A stretch of 64,000 bases of DNA. Source: Euprymna scolopes. Taxonomy: Eukaryota. Each line of letters begins with the position of its first letter. Within the stretch, counting starts at the first letter, position 1. The stretch is from the NCBI GenBank assembly GCA_053919585.1, contig CM132828.1. One strand, written 5' to 3'. The position numbers and the translations under genes are program-made. Shown one piece after another: positions 1 to 9,862 of this stretch. A model generated the notes under the pieces. The model made no database searches. It saw nothing but the letters and a program-made list of their open reading frames with translations, and had not been told where the DNA came from.

Positions 1-650
1 CAAGACCTAATTTTTCTTTTCAATTAAAGGAGCAAGGACCAAGGTTTCATTAAAAAAAAAAAAAAAGAAAAAACAAACAACGTGGTTTAAAAAAAAAAGG
101 TTTTAAACTTAAAACTTTACAGGTAAATTTCTAAAAAACACTACTTTTTTTTTTTTTTAAAATTTGAATATATTATTTATTGACCTTTTCTCTTCAATTT
201 GTGATACATAACACTTTGGTGAGTAAATCAATTATTTACTTTTTAATAGACATTTGAAAATGGGGGGGCGTGAATTTAAATAAAAACGTTTGTCTAAAAT
301 ATTATATTCGGTTTATTGGAAAGAGCATCAAATTTCACATTGACCCTGAAAATATCGTAAAAATAGAATCAATAGAAAAATTTTGATAGATTTTTAAAGT
401 TTAAAAATTGAAAAATATTGAGTTTAAAAATTGAAAAATACTGAACTCGTAAGATTCATTATTGTTTTTAAAAAAAAAAAAAAAAATATTTCTATTACTT
501 TTTAAACAACTTTAATAGTTTATTTTGGAAGTATAATCCATAAAGAAAATAAACAACCCACTTTTAAAAGAGAAATTACGAGTTTTTTATATTTTATTCG
601 CAGTTTCGTGTTAGGGGTGCCAAAAATTCCTACAAAAATTCTGATGCACC
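1..650. mobile_element. Non-autonomous DNA element / MITE family M1, left end outside the window
   Basis: Near-identical to 10946-11573. Ends ...AAAATTCTGATGCACC followed by TA, an imperfect inverse of the GGTGTGTCAGAAATTT start of the other copy. It truncates the adjacent mariner ORF. Confidence 0.75.
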
Positions 651-651
651 T

Positions 652-900
652 AGTCGTGCGTGGATGGACGTCAACTAAGGCTCTTAATTGATTGTTGTCA
701 ACATTCGATGGACAGCCATCGCGCTCATCACTTTCAAGACTCTTGTCGCCACCACAAAATTTCTTAAACCACTACGATGCTGAGTGTTCATAAGCAGTCC
801 TTGGGCCAAATGTTTTGCTGATATTGCAAAATCTTTCAGCAGCTTTTTGGCCTAGCTTGAATTGAAATAAGAAAATTGTGTGAATTTGATTTTTTTCCGT
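652..900 (-). pseudogene. Mariner transposase N-terminal relic (Hsmar1/SETMAR-like HTH region)
   Basis: Manual minus-strand translation: (T)EKNQIHTIFLFQFKLGQKAAERFCNISKTFGPRTAYEHSAS*WFKKFCGGDKSLESDERDGCPSNVDNNQLRALVDVHPRTT. This closely parallels the Hsmar1 N-terminus (IFLFEFKMGRKAAE...WFKKF...LEDEERSGRPSEVDNDQLRA). One internal stop. A candidate TIR lies at ~1488-1516. Confidence 0.85.
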
Positions 901-1019
901 CTTTCTGATACGACATAATTGTTTTAAAACGATTGTAATTTAAGCGATTAGATAGCGCGGAACAACGATACATAAAGTGAAGGTATTTCACTGAAAATTC
1001 ATTTGAAAATACATCATTT

Positions 1020-1461
1020 GGTAAATGTGTAGTTTAGCGGTGTAAATTATTTGACAAACCAAAATTTATAAAAAAAACTATTTATTTTGATATAAAACGC
1101 ATAGACACATAGGCTGAAAATTTGACCTTTCTAAGGTTTGACAGATTCGCCTTTTTAAGGCCAAATTTGGCCTTTTTTATGCATGATATAAAAAATACTT
1201 CATGAAAGAGCGTAAAAAAAGGCCAAATTTGGCCTTAAAAAGGCGAATCTGTCAAACCTTAGAAAGGTCAAATTTTCAAAACAAGATGGCGCCCTCGATT
1301 GTCATACATTTAGTCTTTTAAAAATGTTTTAAAAAATAATAGAAATGAAATTTTTCGGGTTTATTTCAGCCTTTGGGTCTAATGTGTTTTATATAAAAAT
1401 AAACAGTGTTTTTAACTTTTGATCTGTCAAATAATTTACGCAGCTAAAGTACACATTTGCC
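1020..1461. mobile_element. Foldback/MITE with ~100-bp imperfect TIRs, inserted in the mariner 5' region
   Basis: 1020-1118 is an imperfect inverse of 1364-1461. Flanked by the direct repeat CATCATTT(G) at 1012-1019/20 and 1462-1469/70. Inner perfect 64-bp inverted repeat at 1115-1178 and 1215-1278. Confidence 0.8.
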
Positions 1462-2659
1462 CATCATTTGAAATCCAAATTAAAAATTCCACAAGAACTT
1501 TCTTATTAATCTAATCTATCGTTTTTGCAAAACATATCACAAAATAAAAGCTATTGAGATCCATATATGGCAACAGTACATTATAGTTAACAAAGAAAAA
1601 AAGGAGTAAGAAAGAACATGTAATCATCAAACAACTGTTACCAAAGGCAATAAAAAAAAAAGACAATTGTTTTAAAACAATTGCAATTTAAACGATAAGA
1701 TAAAGTGAAAAATTCTTTAAAATGGTATAAAGGTATTTAGGCACCTCCAAAAGTCACCATAGAATTATCGCCCCCCCCCCATGTAAAATGATGTAACTTT
1801 ATTATAACTTAATATTATTAATATAACTTTTGTACCATTTAAAAGAAGGGCAAAATAAACCAGTAATAATTTTAAAAAATTCTTTTCATCGAACGAAAAT
1901 AATGAAATTGCGAGACGAAATATCGCGGTTCAAAAATATCAGTAAATACGCTAATTTTATTAAAAATAAACTTTGCCAAAAAACACAAATTATTTACTAA
2001 AAACAAAAATATTTCGCAACTGAGCAAGTGATAAGCCACGCCCATGCCGTTCTCTGCATGAGTACCCCAAATTCTCCGCTGTGTTAGTAATGAAAAACTA
2101 AAACAAATAATTAAAATGAAAAGACATGTTAAATTCTCCGCTCAAAATAAAAAATGGGAGAGAGAAAAATTAAATTCGCCACTGTGTTGGTAATTAAAAA
2201 TTAAAACAACTTATTTTTTACTTGTAAACTGGTTTATTAATTGTAGAAAACAAAAATAAACGGGAGAAAAAAGCAGCTCAAAATGAAAGGAATTGTTAAA
2301 TTCTATTACAAAAGAAAACAAATTATTTTTACAATTCTAGCCAAGAATTTACTTAAGATTTGTCTGACGTCACTTCCGGTCAGCTGATGCGACCGGCTGC
2401 GAATAGCATTTTAGAATAATTAAAAAATAAATGGAATTTAAAATATAAATATGGAGAAATTCTTAACAATGAAGAATGGAACTACACATTCAATAGTATT
2501 TTTTATAAGTAAGTGATTTTTTGGAATTTATATATATTTTTATAATCGAAGTAAGTAAAATTTCGTTGATTTTCTTGAAATCTTTTTTAAAGAAAACCGA
2601 TTTTAAAAAACAAATATTACATAATTTGCAGTTAAACCTGTTATTTTTTTAAAATTTAG

Positions 2660-2790
2660 TCTTTGCTCCTTTAATTGAAAAAAAAATTAGGGTTAGAATT
2701 ACATTTTTTTAGTAGTTATAAGCTTGGAAAGATAGGAGGACGAATTATTCAAATTTTTTTCATGCATTTTTAATGTTGGTTTCTGACAGT
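2660..2790 (-). mobile_element. Inverted terminal fragment related to MITE M1
   Basis: Reverse complement aligns with 10863-10982 (TGTCAGAAA...TTGAATAATT...CTTTCCAAGCTTATAACTACT...CAATTAAAGGAGCAA). Confidence 0.7.
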
Positions 2791-2849
2791 ACTAGTGAAG
2801 GAGTAGTAGCGCCCGCCATAAAGAAAATTACTCCCCTCCTCTCTAAAAA

Positions 2850-3690
2850 AAAAAAAAAAAAAAAATACTTTCTTTGTGATGCTAAATTTTATTGCATTTT
2901 CATCCCTAAACAAGACACAGTGCCACTTTGATGTAGTGGAACATAATATGTAGGGAGTTGAGCAGCAAGATGTCTGTTTACATTACAATTGAACTTCTGC
3001 ATATCGTTACAGTCAGGGAAACAGGAACTCGGAAGGGAATATCTTTGCCTAAATCAAAACGTGGATTCCATGAACAAAACTTCTTTCTTAGAACTGCACG
3101 CCTTTGGAACTCTGTTCCGTCTGCCTGCTTCCCACCGAACTACAACTTGGATGTCTTCAAGTCCAACGTTAACAAATTCCTAATGGACCGCCCCCTTAAG
3201 TAAACACTTCATCAAATCTCCACACTAACGTACTGTACTTGCAATAACCCTTATCCCTGAGTGGCTTCCGGGCCTGATAAGTGGTGATCACTGTGTAAAA
3301 AAAAAAAAAAAAAAAGTCCTAAGGAAGAAACTATTAGAGTAGAAGGCTTTTTTACATCTAGGGATCTACTGTGTAGGGGTGGGATTTTGCTGCTTCTCGG
3401 GTTTTTCAGGGATATTTACGTTGAGGGGATACAAGGGCTTGTAGTTCATCAGAGCATCTACCATTAATATACTTGTAAAATATGCAGAGATATAACATTT
3501 CGTTGATGGCTGATAATCCAGGACTTATCAGGTTGACGATGCACCAGACGAAATATGATAACAATACTCCATACATGGGCGAATGGTGGCCTTTCAGAGA
3601 TACAGGATAATAAGTAACATTCTAGCACAGTAGAGAGAGGTTACGTTCTTTGCAGCAGCCTTGGCAATGCCCTCATGAATGTTACTTGTA
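2850..3690 (-). mobile_element. CR1/Zenon-like LINE family B, degenerate 3' fragment, split by a family A insertion at 3041-3315
   Basis: Homologous to 13713-14045 and 12235-12535. Minus-strand motifs IRPCMEYC, GRCSDELQALV and KKAFYSNSFF. Confidence 0.75.
3041..3315 (+). mobile_element. CR1/Zenon-like LINE family A, 5'-truncated 3' end with poly(A)
   Basis: ORF end FFLRTARLWNSVPSACFPPNYNLDVFKSNVNKFL*, conserved 3' UTR TAACCCTTATCCCTGAGTGGC, A-tail at 3297-3315. Confidence 0.9.
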
Positions 3691-3699
3691 GTTATTCAA

Positions 3700-4058
3700 G
3701 GAAAGATATAGGCAGGAGCTGCTAGAAAGACTATCTTGCCTTGACAGAGTTCAAAATAGACTTTGTAGCCTTCGATATTGTAGTCGGTCGGGAAGCAGGC
3801 CAGCAGAACAGTATTCCACAGGCGGGCAGTTCTAGGAAAGATGCTTTGTTCATAGAATCTGCATTTAGATTTGGGCACAGATAGAGAGTGGGAAATTGTT
3901 GATAGTGGTTGTAGCTAGTCGAGTATTTTTGTTTTGTTTTTTTGCGAAAATCCGGCAAGGAGAAGGACCATAGATTCGAGCTTAGACGAGCACCTGCTAT
4001 TAAAATCACGATAGGGCAGGGAGGTTCACAACGTCTCTTCTGTGGTAAATAGGTTGTA
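3700..4058 (-). mobile_element. Degenerate, rearranged family A LINE fragments
   Basis: Motifs FPRTARLWNTVLLACFPTDYN and RCSSKLESMV on the minus strand. A short plus-strand piece (GCAGGAGCTGCT...CTTGACAGAGTTCAAAATAGAC) lies at 3712-3770. Confidence 0.7.
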
Positions 4059-4247
4059 ACTATTTACTATGCCTCCCCACGGGACAGAGTTAGACACCAG
4101 GGTCGTTTTTTAACGTGGAGAAAAGGTTCAAAAATAAAAAAATTGTCTCAGTCGTGAAGGATTTCTCCTCCACCGAAAGAGAACAAGAAATAGAAGTGCA
4201 GCATCTGAAGAACAGATACTACACTTTGATCTTGTCCAAAAGGAAAG
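4059..4247 (-). mobile_element. SINE-like retroposon with a U2 snRNA-derived 5' head (copy 1)
   Basis: Minus strand begins CTTTCCTTTTGGAC-AAGATCAAAGTGTAGTATCTGTTCTT. The 26 nt at 4208-4233 match invertebrate U2 as recalled. TSD AGGTTGTA at 4051-4058 and 4248-4255. Body and tail are shared with 13456-13632. Confidence 0.85.
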
Positions 4248-4419
4248 AGGTTGTAGTCGAACGTGAACAAGTAAATGAATGTACATCAAATCTGTTGCCA
4301 ATGTCACTGGAAAATGGTGGGATTCTTCTATAAACCCAGTAGATATTTCACAATAAAAATACTTAAAATCATTTTTCTTATTTCGAATAAAAAAAAAATT
4401 CCATTTTTTACTTGATTAA

Positions 4420-4995
4420 TCTATATACAAATTTTCCTCTGTGTGTGTGTGTGTGTGTGCGCGCATGTATGTGACGTGGTTTATCTCAGCCTACAGGCAA
4501 CCCACCCAGGCAAGTTAGGTACTGAAATGAAGCTTATGACCCAGCGGATGTTTTAGTGATATTTATATCCATGAATGGCGTATGGAAATGCAAAAAAAAA
4601 AAAAAAAATGCATGTAAAAATGCAAAAAAGTCACATTTTTAAGGCGTTCCAATATCTATATACCTATATATTTGTGTCTACATGTGTCTGACAGAACTTT
4701 CTGCGGGGGAGGAGGTACTCATACCAAGAATACAACTGAATCACCAAGATGAACAATTTGTCGCGTGGAATCGTTGCCAATTCCCGGTGAGGCCTGCCTT
4801 CGCCATGACAATCAATAAAAGTCAAGGCCAGACACTGAGCAAGGTAGGTGTATGGCATGAAGAACCGACTTTCACCCATGGTCAAATGTATGTAGTGGCA
4901 TCACGGGTAAGAAACTCACATGATCTGATCTTCGCTCTGAAAAAAAATGACTGTAAAAAGACTAAGGAACGTGGTGTATAAAAAAATCCTATAAT
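4420..4995 (+). mobile_element. Internally deleted Helitron: 5' TC end plus PIF1-like helicase C-terminal fragment (4682-4981)
   Basis: A|TCTATATAC start followed by (GT)n. ORF has VLIPRI, QFPVRPAFAMTINKSQGQTL and FTHGQMYVVASRV, typical Helitron RepHel/PIF1 C-terminal motifs. Confidence 0.85.
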
Positions 4996-5094
4996 TTCAA
5001 CACTCGTTTCTTTCATGTAAATAAAAATTGTCTAAATAAACTGTACTTACTCGCTTTTCTTTCGCAATATGCAGTCACCTGGCTGCAACAATAA

Positions 5095-5728
5095 ACAAGC
5101 TTCTGGGTCTGACCTTTACTCCTGATCTGAAATGGAACACCTTGCATCAAATCCGTTGGAGTATTGTTGCCACATCTGGGCAGGAGCTGCTGGCAAGGAC
5201 TTATCCTGCCTTGACAGAGTTCAAAATAGACTTCGTAGCCTCGTAGGAGATGTCCTTTTCTCTTCCCTGCAACCTCTTTCTTACAGAAGAGATGTTGCGA
5301 GTTTGTTGTTATTTCCATGGCAAGTGTTCGGCTGAGCTCCAATCTATGATCCCCGTCTTTGCCAAACTTTCACGAAAAACACCCGTCTAGCTGAAACCAC
5401 TATCAACAATTTCCCCCACTCTTTATCTGTGCCTAAACCTAAACGTAGATTCCATGAACAAAGTTTCTTTCTCAAAACTGCACGCCTGTGGAACCTTCTT
5501 CCATTTGTCTGCTTTCCAGCTGACTACAATTTGGTCGTCTTCAAGTCCAATGTAAACAAGTTCTTGATGAGCCGTTCCACTTAAGTAATCCAATTTACCA
5601 AATTTCCACTACTAATGATTATGACGATATTGTCTCATTGACTAATGTACACTCATTAACACTTATCCTTAAGTGGCCTCCAGGTCTTTATAAGTGATAA
5701 CTCTCTTGTAAAAAAAAAAAATAAAAAA
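5095..5728 (+). mobile_element. CR1/Zenon-like LINE family A, 3' fragment
   Basis: EYCCHIWAGA, LDRVQNRL, LQPLSYRRDVASL, 3' UTR and poly(A) at 5710-5728; frameshifts. Confidence 0.9.
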
Positions 5729-6030
5729 AGCTTAGTCTTGGCAGCATGAAGAAAAAAACAAAGCCTTCACGACGCGCAGTTGGAAAATAGTAAAGTGTTT
5801 AAAAAAAAACAGGTGCGCGTTTTTGATTGAGGTGACGGCGATAGGTATTCAGCAGTTAGCATTTTGTGCAGGACAGTTTTGAATGAGGTGAATAAATCGG
5901 TTTGTTTGTTTTTAAAAACCCGCTCTCTGATTATTAGGAGGAGCGAAATGAAAGCTACAGTCTGATATGACGAAGTCGACATTGAACAAACGTTACTTAG
6001 CTCTCTTGAGATAAGTGGCTTTCGGCCTGT

Positions 6031-6293
6031 TGTATTTATTTGCTCCCCCACCGAGCAAATTAGGCACAAGGCCAACTTTTATTGTGAGGAGTCAAGGGAG
6101 GGGGAAGGGAAAAAGGGGACCAGCTCCCGAGAGGAGGGAAATGGGAGCTGGTTAAAGGTCAAGCATGTGGGGTTGCCCCCACATCTGGTCTTTGCTAGTC
6201 ATAGCTAGTCCTAGCTAGTCATAGCTTGCAGTATCTGCCGGAACAGATACTACACTTTGATCATGTCACTCGGGCCCCGGAGGGCGCGCGGGC
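6031..6293 (-). mobile_element. SINE-like retroposon containing the U2 segment, longer subfamily (copy 2)
   Basis: GATCAAAGTGTAGTATCTGTTC on the minus strand at 6241-6262. 18-bp TSD with 2 mismatches (AAGTGGCTTTCGGCCTGT 6013-6030, AAGCGGCCTTCGGCCTGT 6294-6311). The 3' tail resembles that of copy 1. Confidence 0.8.
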
Positions 6294-6789
6294 AAGCGGC
6301 CTTCGGCCTGTGATTAGAGTTGAATTTCGCTTTATTTTATACCGAAAACCGAATGTAACGCGTGCCGATGCGGGAAATGTTGAATAAATAACCTTTGAAA
6401 GTCAATAAAATTAAATAGACAGGCGAGCTCCGTAGGTAACTCTGAGATATTACAATTTATAGATGATATAAAAAGTTTTAAGAAGTTGTGAACCGAGCAA
6501 GCGCTTCTTTGAAAGAAGCCTTTTGTGGACATCGAGGAAAAGCGTACATACAGTGATGATCATATTTATTGGCACGGTAAAATAAAAGTTAAATTTTGTC
6601 TAATAAATTCTAAAAAAGGGATAAAATTAAAGAAAATAACAAAGTATATTATGTATTTTTAACTGGCCTTTCTGATGCAGCAATCGGATTTTAGAAAAAA
6701 TAAATAACAAAGGAACAACAAACATAATATAAATAATAATATAAAACATAAATATGATCATCACTGTACATACATACATTTTCGATTTT

Positions 6790-7136
6790 ATATATATATA
6801 GATGGGCATTCAGATATGTGGCAAGCATTTTAATCAGTTTTGGGGCGAAAATTTGACCGCCAAAAGGTCAAAATTGAAAGAGTTGACCTTTGCAGACTCT
6901 ACCAAATTCCTCTGCCAATTTTTCGTCTAAACACTTGAAATTTTCGATGCAGGTAACTTGGACATGGGTAAAACTTTTTATTTTGATTTGAGACCAAAAT
7001 AATAAATGTTAAGGGATCAATTCGGTCTCTACGAAATTACTCGGACAATTTTTGGTCTACACATTTGAAATCTTACATAAAGTGTATTCACATGTAGGGC
7101 AAGTTATGAACAAGCAAAGCCGGGCTGAACCGCTAG
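6790..7136 (+). mobile_element. Non-autonomous Helitron-like element (3' end clear, 5' end uncertain)
   Basis: Ends GCAAAGCCGGGCTGAACCG-CTAG followed by T (7133-7137), the typical Helitron 3' terminus with a decayed subterminal hairpin. Confidence 0.55.
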
Positions 7137-7344
7137 TATATAATATTTGTTATGATCATTAGATTCTATTGTTGGCATTGGTTTCCCCGATATTTTATAG
7201 TCAGAATTTTCTAGAAAGATATCAAGTACTTACGGGTGGGACCATAAGGTTGGCAACTTCGTAATCGGAATAATGAGAAAAGCTCGTGGACATTGTGTAT
7301 TGTTTTTGCGTTAAGTATATGATGGGTTTAATGAGATGCAACAA

Positions 7345-7818
7345 AAAAGCCAAGTACGTCCAAGGATGGAGTACTGCTGCCACATTTGGGCAGGAGTTTC
7401 TAAAAACAGCCTATCCTGCCTTGACAGAGTTCAAAATAGACTTTGTGGCTTAGTGGGGGATGCTCTTTTCTCTTCCCTGCAACCTCTTTCTCATAGAAGA
7501 GATGTTGTGAGCCTGTCTGTGTTTTATCGTTATTTCCATGGCAAGTGCTCATCTGAGCTCCAATCTCTGGCCCCCCCCCCCTCGCCAATCTTTCATGAAA
7601 AACACCCGTCTAGCTGAAACCACTGTCAATAATTTTCCCCACTCTATATCTGTACCTAAATCAAAACATAGATCCCGTGAACAAAGCTTCTTTCTTAGAA
7701 GTTCCGGTTACCTGTTTCCCACCTGACTACAACTTGGATGTCTTCAAGTCCAACATAAACAAATTCCTGATAAACCGCCCCCTTAAGTGAGACACTATAT
7801 CAAATCTCCATTACTAAC
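7345..7818 (+). mobile_element. CR1/Zenon-like LINE family A, 3' fragment
   Basis: KSQVRPRMEYCCHIWAG...LQPLSHRRDVVSLSVFYRYFHGKCSSEL; frameshifted. Confidence 0.9.
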
Positions 7819-7833
7819 GATTTTTTTTTTTTT

Positions 7834-7985
7834 AGAAAGCACTTGAGAAGAATATGGCCGAACAACAACTTTTAGGCGCCATAATATACAACATGTCAGC
7901 CAAAATAAAAAAGACCGGTCGGCAAATTGAAAAGATATCCAACAAACAAAGAAGAATTCAGTTGTGTTCAATTAGACGTGCTTGC
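7834..7985 (+). mobile_element. Possible Penelope-like ORF N-terminal fragment
   Basis: MAEQ...KKTGRQIEKISNKQRRIQLCS resembles basic PLE N-termini. Preceded by poly(T)-AG and followed by an (AT/GT)-rich tract. Weak. Confidence 0.3.
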
Positions 7986-8088
7986 ATATATACGCATGTA
8001 TATATGTGTATATACTTCTATATTCATATTAGAAACCTTTTTTTTTCTATTTATTTAAAAAGAATTCGGCATTGTATAATCTGAAAAG

Positions 8089-8470
8089 GTTTTTTTTTTT
8101 TTACATAGGCATCACCACATTATCAAGGCCAAGAGGCCACTCAAGGATAAGGGTTAAAGAGTGTACAGTAGAAATTGGACATTATAGTAATCATTAGTAA
8201 TGAAACTTTGGTAAAGTTGATAACTTATATGGAACGGCTCATCAAGAACTTATTTACGTTAGACTTGAAGACAACCATATTGTAGTCAGCCGGAAAGCAG
8301 GAAAACGGAAGACAATTCCACAGGCGTGCAGTTCTAATAAAAAAGCTTTGCTCATGGAATCTACGTTTAGGTTTAGGCACAGATAAAGAGTGGGGGGAAT
8401 TATTGATAGTGTTTACAGCTAGACGAGTGTTTCTTGTGAAAGTTGGGCGAGGGGGGACCATAGATTGAAG
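8089..8470 (-). mobile_element. Family A LINE 3' end; a second, opposite-strand 3' UTR tail follows at 8473-8565
   Basis: ORF 8225-8461 FFIRTARLWNCLPFSCFPADYN...FKSNVNKFL; poly(T) at 8089-8102. Confidence 0.85.
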
Positions 8471-8596
8471 ATTACTATGATATTATCCCATTGATTACTG
8501 TACACGTAATAACCCTTATCCCCGAGTGGCTTCCGGGCCTAAGTGATGACTATCATGTAAAAAAACAATTTTTTTTTTTAAATAAATAAATATTAT

Positions 8597-8672
8597 AGTT
8601 TGGTTTGTTTGATTAGTTTTACGGCATATCAACCCTTTTCAGGTTATTTAATGTCAAATCCAGTTATTTTGG
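8597..8672 (-). mobile_element. 3' tail of the SINE family seen at 14705-14981
   Basis: GTTTTACGGCATATCAACCCTTTTCAGGTTATTTAATG is identical in both copies. Confidence 0.75.
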
Positions 8673-8699
8673 AAACAGTATTCATGTTGCATCCAGTTA

Positions 8700-9862
8700 T
8701 TTTGTAGAAGGTTTTTATTCTTCAAACTTTTTGTATCTTCAACCGCTAGTTTGTAGTGTTTGGTTTGGTTGTTTTATAGTGGATTTTATCGTTTTTGTTC
8801 CCTGCCCTGCAGAACATGAATGAGTTTTGCAATGGGAGAGGAAAAAGGGTTACAGCATTAATGTTTGGCATATTTTAAGTAAGAAACCAGTCAGGCAGTG
8901 GGGGAGATAGAAAAAGAAAGGAAAGATGGGGGGGGAGAAGGTGTAGCGAGCTGCTACTACTACGAGACTAGGCTGTATTCTCACCTTAGTTCTCTCTTTC
9001 TCCCAACTCTTTTCTCTTTTCCTTCCTTTCTTCTTATACGTCATCAGAGGTCCCAGCCAATGAAAAGCGAGAACGGTTTACGTGGGACATTCGAGTGAAG
9101 GAAACGTCCTTACTTCCACGGCGACTAGAGACAGAACACACACCTCACTCCTCAGCTCCCGTTAGGTAGCCAAGAGGAGCATTGAACATTAATACAGACT
9201 TTACAAAATGCACTGTATTTCTTTGTAACCCGAGTTTCGGGAAAACACACATATATATTGGATATATAAAACCTCATGAATTCATAACAAAGTCGCGTTA
9301 CACGTCCTTATTGTTATAAGAAGACAATGTGTTGTTTTACCAGTATTTCTTTCTATTTCAGCGCTCCAGTTCTCCCTGATATCGGAGGCGCCCCGAAGTG
9401 GGAGCCTACCGAAATGGTGACCTCTAATTAGTACCCCTGTTAATGTATGGTAATAATACCATAAAGGAAAAGGGGTTAATTAAACTGGAGAAGCACCTGT
9501 TTTTGTAGAAGGTTTTTATTCTTCAAACTTTTTGTATCTTCAACCGCTAGTTTGTAGTGTTTGGTTTGGTTGTTTGATAGTGGATTTTATCGTTTTTGTT
9601 CCCTGCCCTGCATAACATGAATGAGTTTTGCAATGGGACAGGGAAAAAGGGTTGCAGCATTAATGTTTGGCATATTTTAAGTAAGAAACCAGTCAGGCAG
9701 TAGGGGAGATAGAAAAAGAAAGGAGAGATGGGGGGGGGGGGAGAAGGTGTAGCAAGCTGCTACTACTACGAGACTAGGCTGTATTCTCACCTTAGTTCTC
9801 TCCTTCTCCCTACTCTTTTCTATAAAGGAAAAGGGGTTGATTAAACTGGAGAAGCACCTGTT
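8700..9862 (+). mobile_element. Probable LTR retrotransposon 3' remnant (PPT plus candidate LTR 8942-9302), partly duplicated
   Basis: Polypurine run ...GGGGGGGGAGAAGG directly before TGTAGCG; candidate end GTTACA at 9302; internal TACGTCA and CCAAT. 8700-9014 is repeated at 9501-9822 and 9461-9501 at ~9822-9862. Confidence 0.5.

Noticed and set aside
2360-2405. CRE/ETS motif cluster TGACGTCACTTCCGGTC as a promoter
   Set aside because: It lies in AT-rich, repeat-like sequence next to an M1-related terminus and is more likely an element interior. No supporting exon was seen.
4208-4247. Functional U2 snRNA gene
   Set aside because: Only the first ~48 nt are represented. No stem IIa/IIb, Sm site or 3' stems follow, and the segment lies within a TSD-flanked repeat.
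4682-4981. Host PIF1 helicase gene
   Set aside because: C-terminal fragment only, downstream of a Helitron-type 5' end, with no other exons visible.
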